DNA of 60,897 nt, filler included, from Syncephalis fuscata S228 (GCA_025786725.1; 3 parts of 3 records of this genome joined end to end with filler, not necessarily neighbours in it), one strand, 5' to 3'. Shown: positions 38,993-53,881, counted from the first letter of the whole stretch. The notes: generated by a model not told the origin, from the sequence alone. Numbers and translations: made by a program.

Positions 38993-40662
38993 ATGCCACA
39001 CGAACTTGCAATAATCCAGGCTGATGATGAAATTGCTAGTCAATTAAATCTGGAAGTAGGGATTTGCCAGAACGTCCTGGCTATCACTCGCTTAGCCGTC
39101 ATGGAACTCGAAATTCGTACATGAGCCAGGTAACTGGCGGCTCACAAGTCTCCCTGGGCGCCGCTGCTCAGCGCGCCGTACCATAAGCGATGCACTCAAG
39201 TATGAATTTAAATTGGAGCAAGGCCTAGCTCGTCCATCGCTTGAAAAAGACATAGCCATTGAAGCGTATCATGAAGAGGGTGGCGAAGCTTTAAATAGTA
39301 CACTCCAAGAAGATGCCTATTTGTCAAAATTCCCTGAAGGCGGCTACGGATGGTTGTCGTACTGTCGACTTTCCTCGTCAACTTTATTGTATTTGGCTAC
39401 GCCTATTCATGGGGCGTATACCAATCACACTATCTCCAAAAATGTATATGCCGGTGAATTAGTACGTTCCAAATGACATTTGTCGGTGGTCTACCATGGG
39501 GTTTTCTATTTATTATGGGCCCATTTTTTAGCGCTCTAATTCGACTACTTGGTCCACGAAAGCTTATGCTTGTCGGTGCTATTATCCAGCCATTGGAATG
39601 TTATTAGCTTCATGGGTTTACCAGGTAAGACATTTAGCGTTTATTCATGTATTCGTATATTAATACAATAATGATTTAGCCATGGCAGCTCTATTTTACA
39701 CACGGCGCACTAATTGGTATAGGTTCATCGCTTATTTTCTTCCCTTCTGTATTTTTACCCACACAGTGGTTTATGAAACGGCGCGGTCTAGCAACTGGAT
39801 TGGCCGTATCAGGAAGTGGTATTGGCGGACTTGTATTTGGTCCCGTAACAAGGGCGCTGGTCGATGCCGTTGGCTTTCGTTGGTGTCTGCGTTATTTGGC
39901 CATTACTAGTTTTGTGCTGCTGATTATTGCAACAGCCTTGGCCCGCGAATGTGAGGCAACAAAGAAGTCCGTCAACAATGACACCAAAAATCCTCCTAAG
40001 AAAGAGAAGCTGGTAGACTTATCGGTATTGAAGCGCCTTGACTTTGCTTCATTGGCTATGATGGCAACATTGGCTACTTTCGGTTACATGGCGCCTTTCT
40101 ACTTTCTGCCCTCTTACGCCACCTTTATTGGTTTGACCGAGTCAGATGGCGCGCTTTTTGTCGGGTTAAGTACTGGCGTCAATGCTGTTGGCCGTATTGT
40201 TCTTGGTTATCTGGCCGATTCATTTGGCCGCGTTAACGCGCTTTTCTCTTGCGTCTTTCTTTCCGGAATGACCATTCTTGTTATCTGGACGTTTTCTAAT
40301 AGCTATGGAGTGCTTCTCTTGTTCGTATTGCTTTATGGATTTACCGCTGGCGGCTTTGTCAGTCTATTCCCCGTGGTAACTGCAGAACTTGTCGGTAAGT
40401 GTATCTTAGTGGAATAATCAACGTTTACTTACATAAAATAGGATTGGACGAGTTGCCGAATGCAGTAGGCGTGTTGTATGCCTCCAATGCCATTGGCAAT
40501 TTGTTTGGCCCGGCTATTGCCGGTGCGCTACTGGATATGACCAAGCCCAACACATCCTACTTGCCTATACAGCTATTCTGCGGTTTTGTCACAATTGCAG
40601 GTTCGATGTTTATTATTGTTTTACGCTGCATGCGTACACGGAAACTGCTTGTACGTGTATAG
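38993..40662 (+). CDS. MFS transporter, monocarboxylate porter (MCT/MCH-like) family; 5' part frameshifted
   Basis: PEGGYGW, WFMKRRGLATGLAVSGSGIGG and GRIVLGYLADSFGRVN; many TM helices. Confidence 0.88.
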
Positions 40663-41686
40663 CATTTTACATATGACTGCAGTATAAAATATTCAATTAT
40701 GTTTAGTTATTAATCTTGCTATAAATATTCAAAATTATAAAAATAAACCATATAATTAAATTTTGTATATATTCTAATAATATTCGAACATGCAACCGTA
40801 GACATGGCTTTAATAAAAAGCAGCAAAATAAAAATTGCGGCTAAATATCTTATTATTGGTATATTAATAGCAGATGGTATGACTAGAATTATAATTAAAT
40901 AATTTAGTACCTTAATATTTTAAATTTTGATATTTTGTCTGATCGATTAATAGTTAGCAACCAGATTTATTTATTATAAAATATTACAGATATTGAATAG
41001 TAATGCTAGCTACTAATAAATAAACACTTATTAAAAATATGTAATCAGTAAATACATGATATTAGTGAATAGATAAATGGTTATATAAAGTAGCATGCTG
41101 CGTTAATAGTGAAATACTACAAAACATTCAAGTTCTATTATTAGACATGCTTACTATATAATGATAGCTTTATTCAATATCAATAAAGAAATAACCAGTT
41201 CTAGTTCAATCTTATTTCTACTCAGTGGCATACAAATTATTTAAATAGTTATCAAATTAATACTAACCAATCAATACGTTGTATTCTAAGCTTTAAGTAT
41301 TAAAAAACATCAGCGTCGAAAATCATAGGATAACATCAAGGCCAAACTTGGCTTAGTCATCTAACTTACGCCTTTCAAGAGCAAAGATATAATAAATCAT
41401 TTTATTCATGGCGAGCATTATCAACTACAAATAGTTTAATTACACACATGTATTATAATTAATCATAAATATTACGCAAAAATAATAGCTTATTTCTTCA
41501 TTGTTAGAACAATTTTTAGAACAATTTAATATTACTACGTAATAACCATAAGCATTGCAAAATTGAATTATTCATTATTTTTATTACATATGACCAGCTC
41601 AAAATTTTAACATTTGTTACTTTTACTAACTGCAATCATGATGAAAATGTAGCATTAATTATTTCTAATAACTATGGGCATCTTAA

Positions 41687-42960
41687 AAAAGGGGTTTTAA
41701 TAAAATGTATGTTAAAATTAATAGTGATCATTTAATTAATAAATTGGTGGCAATAATACGTATAACTTTACGTATAATCAAGCAAATTGTATGATATTTT
41801 ACACAGGTATTTATATGACATATAGGTAACTATTGGCAAAGTATACCGTTATTTTATTGCGTGATGGCGTAATAATTGCGATAATACGTTAATAAATGTA
41901 CAAAAACAGCAGTTTTTTACCAATCATGACTTGTATAATTAAAATACAGCAAAATAATTGCCAAATTCAAGTTCTCCATGCTTGGCTGTATCGTTTGGTA
42001 TGACTTATAAAACAACGATTTTTGCAACAAAAGCTAATCAAAAATACGATTTACGTATTTCTAATTTATTTAGTAAAAGTTTTGCTAATACTACGTATAG
42101 CTTTACATATAATCAAGCAAATCGCATGATATTTTACACAGGTATTTATATGACATATAGGTAACTATTGGCAAAGTATACCGTTATTTTATTGCGTGAT
42201 GGCGTAATAATTGCGATAATACGTTAATAAATGTACAAAAACAGCAGTTTTTTACCAATCATGACTTGTATAATTAAAATACAGCAAAATAATTGCCAAA
42301 TTCAAGTTCTCCATGCTTGGCTGTATCGTTTGGTATGACTTATAAAACAACGATTTTTGCAACAAAAGCTAATCAAAAATGCAATTTGTGTATTGTTAGT
42401 TAGCAAAGTTTTATGTTACATATATATATATGACATAAATTGCTATAGTATATCGGTATTTCTGCATATTAATATGCAGTTATATTTGTTTTAGCGTTGT
42501 AAAGCATTTCAGGTTTACTTTAGTCTAAATTTATTTTTAATATTAATTTTTAAAATTATACAGCTTAATCACTTTTCGTTAACTAGCAATACACAAATTG
42601 CATTTTTGACTAACTTTTGTTGCAAAAATCGTTGTTTTATAAGTCATACCAAACGATACAGCCAAGCATGGAGAACTTGAATTTGGCAATTATTTTGCTG
42701 TATTTTAATTATACAAGTCATGATTGGTAAAAAACTGCTGTTTTTGTACATTTATTAACGTATTATCGCAATTATTACGCCATCACGCAATAAAATAACG
42801 GTATACTTTGCCAATAGTTACTTATATGTCATATAAATACCTATGTAAAATATCATACAGTTTGCTTGCTTATACGTAAAGTTATACGTATTATTGCCAC
42901 CAATTTATTAATTAAATGATCACTATTAATTTTAACATACATTTTATTAAAACCCCTTTT
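41687..42960. mobile_element. Non-autonomous foldback/MITE-like element with long terminal inverted repeats, flanked by TTAA
   Basis: Left arm begins TTAA|AAAAGGGGTTTTAATAAAATG; right arm ends CATTTTATTAAAACCCCTTTT|TTAA. 42575-42960 is a near-perfect reverse complement of the left arm. Internal direct duplication with period 335 bp (41757/42092). No transposase ORF. Confidence 0.75.
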
Positions 42961-43648
42961 TTAATACTGCAGCATACTTTGATGGTATTGGCGCGATAAT
43001 CTTATGCTTAAATTTATAAACTAGCGTTTTATCGATATTTCAAAGTATTTTACATCAAAATAAAATATTTTGCTATAATTATGGCCATTAGAAATAAAAA
43101 TATAATATTTTTACAATGGTTTTATTGTTGTCATTCCAATGTCATAACTATACTATTATTCAAATAAACTAAGAATATTATTTTAATAAAGAAATAATAG
43201 AAAGCGTTAAGTTCTATCATGGGCTATAGTTAAGTTGTAATAATTGATTATAAATAACAAATAAGTTTATTATCAAAACAATATCAACTAACACATTGCA
43301 TTCTGAATATTAAGGTAATTTCAGTAGGCATTAAAAGCTAACAGTATAAGATAGCACCGGGGTAAGATGTTGCTTGGCCATCCAAGTTACAATCTTTAAA
43401 AGTAAAGCTATAACATTATGATTTTAAAGCTACGTTATCATACAAATATAATGATTTTGGTAATAAATATTATTGCACCATCAATTATGCTTTTTATATA
43501 AATGATGTTGTAGAATACATGCCAAGTATTAAATATAATAGAATTATTAGACTGCACATTTTTAAATTGTGTAAAATGCTTTATCAGCTGTCTTAACCTA
43601 TTTGTATTCAGAATTAAAAAAGATTGTTTTTTAAATCAACAACTATAA

Positions 43649-44538
43649 TTATGAACATGGGCTAAGGATGTAGTCAAGATAGGCAGCAGTTCGTACAGCA
43701 ATACGAGCAAATGAAAAGTCGATGTTGGTCTTGTGAGTTTCTAGATATTCTTCACCTAATTTGAGGTCATGATACTTGGGTTCATTTAGTTCTTTCAAAT
43801 CATTTCAGCAAGAAATTTACTATTGTTTAGCCATTCTATTGTGCAATGTTCAAGCGGATTTTCTTTTTCTGACAAACAACGGGTCCAACTAGCACGCTTA
43901 TCTGCATATTTACCATTCTTTAACTCCTCTTCTAAACGATCAACATATTTGAAAATAGTTAAGCGAGGAACTGTTTCGGCCATTTTATTTGCTATGGCTC
44001 CCCTAGGCAAAAACCTGTCCCATACAACGTGAAGATTGGTAAGCGTACCATCCCAGCTACACTCTAATTCGGTAGCACCTTTTTTGTAGCCCGTTATATG
44101 CAGTGGCTGGCCCATATCGGCTAAAAAATGAAGTAAGAACTTTAGAGCTTCCGGTCGTTCAGCTGGGTCTGCATCACATTTTAATTTTTGAGTGAACAAT
44201 TCTATACCAGTAAAGATTGTTTTAGTAGACTCAAAATATTTGGGCGTGAGTTCTATTTTCTCATTGGGAGCATATGGAATCTTGGCTATATGAAATGGCG
44301 TGGTATACGCGTGTTTTGGATCAATTCTCATTTTGTCGGCCCAGTTTGCGGCCTCGCCGTACTCTTGAACTTGGCCATCAACAGTAAGAAGTTTGTCAAC
44401 GTGTGCTTTAATCTTTGGAGGCAACAGTCTCCGTACCAAAAGAGCTATTGCTCTGTGCGCATCTTCGCCCCATGCATCAGCAAAGGGCAACGCTACAGCG
44501 CAAAATGCAATCATCAAAATGAAGACCTTTGCTAACAT
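43649..44538 (-). CDS. Secreted S1/P1 nuclease (frameshift near 43797)
   Basis: Signal peptide, then WGEDAH, WADKMR, LHFLADMGQPLH and NLHVVWD. The C-terminal helix LGEEYL..ARIAVRTAAYLDYIL continues in a shifted frame to the stop at 43649. Confidence 0.88.
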
Positions 44539-45838
44539 GTTTAATAATTGATAGCAATATAAGGAAGATGTATACGTGTAATAAGCGTGTATTTGTCTAA
44601 AAAGCAATCTAGTCTGCTAAAAAAATACTATTCTAAGTTTTAGTGTTAAAATAAGTGAGAAAAAGAAAGTAAAGGTGAGTTTATAGTTAGAAACGAATTG
44701 CTGGCCGTATGGTGCTTTAAATAATTTGAAAATTGACTTGACTCCTACCATTTTTCTGCCATACCATACTCCGCTTTAACGGAGTATATAAGATAGTACA
44801 GATTTAGTAACATGTTGTTTTTCCGACAATTGACAGCTTCCTTTTAGCATTCTATCAACGTGGATTTGTTCCAGATGTTGTGTTTTGATTAAATCACATG
44901 TACAAAATCTTATTAGACACAAAATAAGCTATATTTTGTGTTTTAAATTGACATAATCTTTTGGAACATGCTGTAAATATCGCTTTTAGATTTAGAAATG
45001 TTAAATTCCAATTAAGCATAGCTAGAATCCAACCTATTATTTATTATTTCTGCCTCAATTAAGCTGAGCATTATTTTAAATTTGGTTTAGTGCTTGCTAT
45101 TAGGCGTGAATATTCTTTTTAGTGTTTTTAAATTCGAATAATACGTTTGTTTTATTACTGTTATTCGTATTTAAAAGCTATTTATAAATTGTGTTGTCAA
45201 TTATGGTTTATTATAAAAACAGTTTAATTAGTATGATAATTCCTAACATCATTCTATTGGGGAACTATCTCTATTGACAGTGAAGTAATTGAAATTGAAA
45301 TAAAACTTAATTCAACTTAAAATCACCATTTACAGCAGCAATAAAAACACTTAAACGCTTTATTGTATTGAAATTGTATAAGTATTTTTGATATTTCAAT
45401 TAACATATTAGTGTTATATATTGACTAAACTATTCTTTGCAAGTATTAGATTCAAATATAAATAGTCTGTGTTAATAGAATTTAAATTGTTATGTAAATC
45501 ATTGTTAAAAATCCACCTAACGTTGTATTTGATGCTAGGCATTGATGTGCTTATTTTGACAATATTGATTTATGGTATAAAGGGTTTAATAAAATAGAAA
45601 TATTTATATTTTGTCATTGATTCAATTAAGGTATGCAGATCAAAAGTCGTAGGCATAATGCGATGTTAATTGATAATGTAATTATACTGCGTGTAAAGAA
45701 TATACTCACAAAATAGTGATTATTTGTGCGTGTGTCAATTGATTGGCCGAAACTGAAAGGCGGTCATCACCACCCACTTGTGAGTGAGAAAATACAGTTC
45801 TGCCTCTTTCGCGATCCATCTGCGTACACATCGTCAAT

Positions 45839-46520
45839 ATGGTAAGTAAATCATTTGGATTTGCAAACTACATGTGTCTATGCATCCATGCATCCATCCA
45901 TCCATCCATATAGCCGTATAGAGTATATACGTATCATACGAACGAACGAACGAACGAACGGATAGATGGATAGATGGATGGAATAGATGATATGCTTGGG
46001 CCAAGTCCATATAATTTTGGGACATCATCAAAGCAATGGCTAGCATAGGTAGTTGGCTGTAGATATCTGATAGCCGTTGGCTAGCCTAGCATTTATACAG
46101 CTAGACCATGTAGTATTGCTTGTTATAAACGCGATTATATGCTAACAGCAAGCGATCGTGGAATCTATGACATGATTACAGGGTAAAGTCCACGGTTCTC
46201 TTGCTCGTGCTGGTAAAGTCAAGTCCCAGACCCCAAAGGTCGAGGCCCAAGAAAAGAAGAAGAAGCCAACTGGTAAGTTGCCATGGCTTATTGATGTGGT
46301 CGAGTCAAACCATGAGATGCAACTACTGACAATGACATGAATTCAATTAGGCCGCGCCAAGAAGCGCGTTCAGTATCTCCGTCGTTTCGTTAACGTCACT
46401 TTGATTGGTGGCAAGAGAAGAGTAAGTTGCCATGAATTGCTAGTTAGAACGTATATTAATGAAGATTGCTTTAATTTTATTACTGCGTATAATTAGATGA
46501 ATGCCAATCCAGAGAAATAA
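45839..46520 (+). CDS. RPS30: 40S ribosomal protein S30 (eS30), 4 exons
   Basis: ATG|intron|[30 protein letters not shown]|[24 protein letters not shown]|MNANPEK*. Confidence 0.97.
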
Positions 46521-46918
46521 GCATTGCTATTGTACGACTGCTGGAGTTTTCTCGCCAATACACTGCGTTGGCAAGACAATTATGCACTGTCTTTTAGTTG
46601 CTGTTGATGCTTCTGCGTGTTGCATGAAGTAACAATAAACATTTGCGGAAGCTCATTGTTTCACTGGAAATTGATTTACATATTTATTTATTATTTTAGT
46701 TGTTGTAAGGTTAAATCAGTTACAATTATTACTGTAGTGTAGGATTTGTTGAATATAAATTTATACAATGCTATTTATTATTAATCAAATATGACTGTTT
46801 TAACTGTATTTTTGGTAAAATGCAGTTTATAAAAAATATTATGACCATTCATGAATCATTTGCTTTTAATAAGCTTTATTTTAAATATGTGTGGATAACA
46901 GGTGGTGTCAGTATCTGT

Positions 46919-48073
46919 TTAAGCTTTCTTCTGCTTAGCAGCAATATGCATCAGCTTGTAAAGTGTTTCAAGACGTGGCATTTCTATATTATGTTTCTTT
47001 GCCTCGCGAATAGGATTGCCTATAATCACCTCGACTTCCATGGGATTTCCAGACATGTAATCTACTAGAATCGATGGTTTATAGGCAGGTAATTTGCCTG
47101 TAAAGCTCATATGTTCCATTACAGACGATGGTGGAGATGGACCTGGATACTTGTCCGATCCAAATATTTGAACAGCCGTGTCCCATATTTCCGTCATAAT
47201 ATCCTCAATTAGCTGATGGCAATCCGGCTCATTAAGCATAGAGTGTGTATCGTGTAGACCGGTCAATACGGCTGGTATACCAAATCCGGCATTCCATACG
47301 ATTTTATTCCAACGCACCGGCTGTATATCGGTCATAACCATTGCAGCAACACCACCAGCTTCAAATAGTTGTGCCAACCGATTCGTATCTGGTTCTTGGG
47401 TTTGTATCGGCTGTTCAACACGATTATATGAGCCAATACGTAAATCTCCTCGTAAAGCGTGGGAAATAACACCAGGCGCAATTTGTGTTACCCCAATATA
47501 CGCGACACACGAAATACAAGGATTATGAGGGAATTGTTGCGCCACTGGCTCTTCAATGCCTACGCCATTTTGAATAAGCACCACCGCTGTCTTATTCGCG
47601 GTTATTGCTGGAGCAATAGTATCGGCCGTGCTGCTTAATTCTGGTAACGATTTTGTACACACTACAACGTAGTCAAATCCATCAGGCACAGCAGCCGCAG
47701 CACTTTGGACCGAATCAATTACTTTACAATACAAAATAAGCTTATAATATCAATATAACTACGCGTGCAAGCTTACCTTGCCACGGCTGAAACACATTGT
47801 CGCCATGCTTAGTCGACTTTATTTGGAATCCGTTTTCTTTTACAATGGTATAATTGGAACGACAGACACAGATGACGCGGCAACCTGCAGACTGTAGCCG
47901 CCAGCCATAATAAGCACCAATAGCTCCTGTGCCAACTGTATAGTGTTTATTAGTGCTGCTGGTTTATTTATTATTTATTACTGTTGATAGCTACCTATTA
48001 GCACTGTAGGACCAGTGGCGTCACTGCTACTGCCGTTGTTATTATGGTTAATGGCACCACTATCAGAATTCAT
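46919..48073 (-). CDS. PAN5: 2-dehydropantoate 2-reductase (ApbA/PanE family), 3 exons
   Basis: VLI|VGTGAIGAYYG, DYVVVCTKS, LIQNGVG, WNKIVWN and YKPSILVDYMSGNPMEVEVIIGNP. Confidence 0.9.
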
Positions 48074-48367
48074 ATTGGTAGAATAAATGAGTAATAAAGA
48101 TGGATACCCATGTCTCATTTTCATGGATGCATTTGTCCGTGAATTTATCGGCACGCATTTACCCTTTTTTAAATATGACACGTCAGTTTTCGTAACATGA
48201 TTCAGATGACGAAAGTCACAATAAATATTTTGAATCTATATGCAAGACACGGCGTGCCCCTTTTTAACTATCGCTGCTCTTTCTTTCTTCCCTTTCTTCA
48301 CTTGTTCTCTTCACAACAAACTGCACTATCTACTAGTTATTCTTTGGACATTGCTACTTTGATAGCA

Positions 48368-49377
48368 ATGAGTGTGCATGGTAAGTTATTCAAGCAGCAA
48401 CATTGTCAGTCTAGTGTGTTGATTGATTGATACTATCTATACGTATAGCCAGTGAATCATCACCATCGATTATCTCGTTCGGACACGATTGGGGCTACCT
48501 TCAACAGTTGCCAACAGTACAGCTAATACTAGTAGCAGCAATAACGGTTCAGTAGATAAAGTAACTCATAATCGTAGTTACAGTCAATCTACCAGCAATA
48601 CAGCCGTTAACACGACTGAAAACAACACGTCAACATCGACGACTAAACCGTTTAGTACGGGTATTCCAGCTGATATACTATCTTCATCTATCTACGAGGA
48701 TAGCCATCAAACGCCTACGTCAGCTGTAGCGTATACAGACGTGTCATCACCAGCAATTTTTTTAAAAAACTCTACAGATTCAAATCTATCTACCTCTTTA
48801 ATTGACCCTACCCAAGCTAACCGTCACATCAAAATGGCTTCACCCTCAAACAACAAAAATAAAAAGGATAAAGCAACACCTCCAGCCGAGGTGCTTTCCA
48901 GCAAAAGCGAATTTCCACCATTGCCGACCCAAGAGGATGCACCACCACCTTCACCGCCCAATCTGGCCGAAAGTGAGAGTTATGCCCAAGCCGCCAAGCA
49001 TAGTATGGGCAGTGAAAGCGAAGAGAATGATACAGATAGGCCACAGAAGCCTCGCAAGCGATCTCGTAGTCATCTGTCCTCGCCGTCCTCGCCTAGCTCG
49101 CAAATATTAGCGGCTAAAACATGGCTAGGCGTAGGATTAGTCGCTGCAGTTATGGGAAAGATTCTACAAAATAAATCTAATCATCAAGCTGGTAAACCGT
49201 TGTTGATAGGCGGTGTAGCTACTGCGCTTCTATCTGGACTAAGCTGGTAAGTTATTGAATAGTTAGTAGAATAGATGGAATAGATCGATATAGATAGATA
49301 TAGATAGCTAATATATTGATTGTTACAGGGTCTGGCTTCGTCGATCTTCTGATAGAAATGTAAAGCGCAGCTCTTAA
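48368..49377 (+). CDS. Hypothetical Ser/Thr-rich protein with two C-terminal hydrophobic segments, 3 exons
   Basis: 253-aa ORF bounded by GT-AG introns; WLGVGLVAAVMG and LLIGGVATALLSGLSWVW near the C-terminus. Confidence 0.6.
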
Positions 49378-49502
49378 ATCTCATTACTGTATAAAGTTAC
49401 CATTTAAACCATATTAATTAAGCAAATGTATATAGTTAAATCAATGTATTTATAATAACAGTTAATAATAATGCGGTATAATATGTATTAATATGTAGTT
49501 TA

Positions 49503-50144
49503 TTAAAAGCCAAGACCAGATGCACCACCTTTGAATCGATTCTTTCTATTCTGCATACCTTTATTAAACTGTGATTCCATGTCTTGAGCTATTTTATTTG
49601 CCATATTACTATTGATGGCGGTATTAGCATCATTTGATGTTGAATTGGTTGATTTACTAGTAGATCCACCACTACTACCACCACCACCTAATAACCGAAG
49701 GAATTTGTCTTTACGTGCATCATCTCCATTAAAATCAGCTTGAGACCAATCATTCCATGGCTTTGTCGGTTGAGTCGATGTTGTTTGTTTTTGATTAGAA
49801 GACAATTCATTTGAACTAGTCAATGTAGATTCATCGGATGACGATGATGATGCACTAGATGTTGGCTGTTCTTTCTTATGTTTCTTGTCCTTCTTGTCCT
49901 TCTTATGTTTCTTGTCCTTCTTCTTCTTTTTCTCGTCAGTCAACTTGGTAGCTACTTCTTCTACAGTTGCTTCTTTCTCGATCACTGTCTTTTTACTGTG
50001 ATCTTTTTCAGTCTTTTTCTCTTTTTTACTCTTTTTCTTTAGCTTGATCGCTTGGTCATTAGTGTCATCGTGTCGTTTGGTCTTCTTATTATGCTTCTTC
50101 TCGTCCGACTCGTCCAATACATGCTTCCGCTTATCCTTTCCCAT
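49503..50144 (-). CDS. Lysine-rich protein with SMAP (small acidic protein-like) C-terminal domain
   Basis: Poly-K tracts, then WSQADFNGDDARKDKFLRLLG...DMESQF...GLGF. Confidence 0.8.
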   Translation of the reverse strand: MGKDKRKHVLDESDEKKHNKKTKRHDDTNDQAIKLKKKSKKEKKTEKDHSKKTVIEKEATVEEVATKLTDEKKKKKDKKHKKDKKDKKHKKEQPTSSASSSSSDESTLTSSNELSSNQKQTTSTQPTKPWNDWSQADFNGDDARKDKFLRLLGGGGSSGGSTSKSTNSTSNDANTAINSNMANKIAQDMESQFNKGMQNRKNRFKGGASGLGF

Positions 50145-50716
50145 AGTCAATCAATTGTATATAAATATAGATATAAATAAACCGTAATAGTAGCGGTGAA
50201 ATAAAAAGAACTAAAAATCATTCATGCCATCTTATTATCATTAGCCAATGGTGATCCATCCTATTTCACTCCTGATTCCCCTTTCCAAATACTTGAACCA
50301 TCAACTATTCTCAGTGTCTATATCGTACATTCTCAGTCAATTGATTATCCGTCTGTGCAGCTTGTACTTCCAGCCACTTTCTCTCTCCTTTCTTCCTCAA
50401 ATACTCGCCCTTTCATTCACCTAGCTATCTTTACTACGATTGCTACCGCTCTTTCTATTGCTTGTCCTTGTCGTGCTTCAATGAACAACAACAATAACAA
50501 TAGCAACTATAGCAACAATAGCAACAACAACAACAACACTATTTTCAGTTCTATTAGTATACAACATCTGACCATCGTTCTACTTTGCATTTAGCCAAAC
50601 CTTATTCTGGATAACAACGTTTTGGCGTTATTTTTGTTTTGAGAACTTGCCAGCTTTTCTATCTTTAATTGGCACTTTTGCATATAGTCTATTTGATAAG
50701 ACTATCAATAAACTAA

Positions 50717-52155
<1,439 letters not shown>

Positions 52156-52343
52156 CCAGTTGAATATACACACACACGCACACAATAATGGATGGCTATA
52201 CTAATAATATATTTCATTTATATAACGTTTAATTATTAAATAGTCATTACAATACTTATTTAGATTATTTAGTTATTATTATCATTTAATATTGAAATAT
52301 ATGACCATAGTAATAGTAAAGATATGAACGCATTTTATTTTGT

Positions 52344-53091
52344 TTAAATCTAAGGTACAAATAGATAAATAGCCAATATTGACCATATCAATATTGTTAG
52401 TATCAATATTATTAATAAAAATAAAACATTTACCTCATCAATATCAAACTCAAAGTTGCACTCGTCGTCTTCATCGCCAAAGGTATCAGTTTCATTGATA
52501 CGAGCTATAATTACAGTAATTACAGTAGTTAGAAATAATTAGAAATAATGAGTCATAATCATTAATCATTAATGATCAATTAATTAACATGGCCCGTTTC
52601 TAGTGTGCAGTTTTACTTACCGTTTTCTGGAAGTTCACCAGCTTTCTGAAGTGCTCGTGCCTCATCGGCATTGTACTTCATAATAACATCGGCCTTGTTA
52701 TCTTGGAATTCACGTAATGATAGAAGAATGATATCGCCGTTATTAATCCAGACCTTCTTACGAAGTTTGCCACGAATGTGTGCTAGACGCTTTTCGCCAT
52801 CGAAGCATTGTGCTTCCAAACGACCATTACCAAGCATCTTTAGTACTTGGGCATATTCTATTGACCAGTTAAACAGTCATCCATCGCTATTAAATACAAT
52901 GAAATAAAGTAAAGGTATATAGCTTACCTTGTCCTTCATCTTTAAGAATCAGTTCACGTTTCTCGCCATCGTTCTCGTTCTTTCCACGGCGACGATTTTT
53001 ACCTCCCTATTCATGATAGAATTGAATAGCCTATTAGATATTAAACAATATCGTAAATCTAGAAGCTTACCTTGCCTTTATTCTTCGGCAT
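52344..53091 (-). CDS. TIF11: Translation initiation factor eIF1A, 5 exons
   Basis: MPKNKGK|[40 protein letters not shown]|I*. Confidence 0.97.
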
Positions 53092-53336
53092 TTCAACAAA
53101 TTTCTTACAGTAGATTAAAAAGGATCTGAAGCAATAATCGATGTCAATCAATGCTAATTGCTGGATAGAAAGAAAGAAAACGTCCAAGTCAGAATAAATA
53201 GTTTTAAAACTGCCAGTTTATTATTCATACACATGTCGACCAATGGATCTCGTGATCACAAAATTATCAGGTGATCCAACATACCAAATTAAGTATCATT
53301 AAATGTCGCTGTATTATCCATGACGTTTTCATCAAT

Positions 53337-53356
53337 AGTGTGTGTGTGTGTGTGTG
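53337..53356. repeat. (GT)n microsatellite
   Basis: GT dinucleotide run in the divergent promoter between eIF1A and myosin. Confidence 0.8.
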
Positions 53357-53881
53357 GATGTGTTGTTATATCACGCACACATGAGAGTGACTCCGCTTTG
53401 GCACACTTAATAGGCACTTGCTCGCTCATATAGCAGGTCTACTTAACCTTTGTACTCGGCGTATCCATCTTTACCTCGCTACTGTTCATTTCTTCATAGT
53501 CTTTAGTTTCTTTCTCGTTCTCCAAAATATCCGGTTATTTAAGACTACGGGTAAGTAATAGTGCTGGTATTCGTTGTATATCAATTAATAGTCTGGTTGA
53601 ATAGCCGTTCTAACTGTTTAAATAGTCTTTGTTACTCCGGTCTTGTGCATTCCATTCTCGTTGCGGCTATCTATTGATTAGTTGTTTGTATCTTTACGAC
53701 TTTCTTCGTCTGTTACCGCCAACTACGCATCGTTTGACTGTTTATTGTCAATTAGCCAGTCTTGGAACTGGCGCTTTCCTTTTATTCGCTTCTATTTCTA
53801 CTTTATACTTCTTCTTATCCCGCTATTTGGTGGTTGTTCTGTTCAAGTAGCGACTAGTGCTTAGTCTTTGCTGTTATCAAC

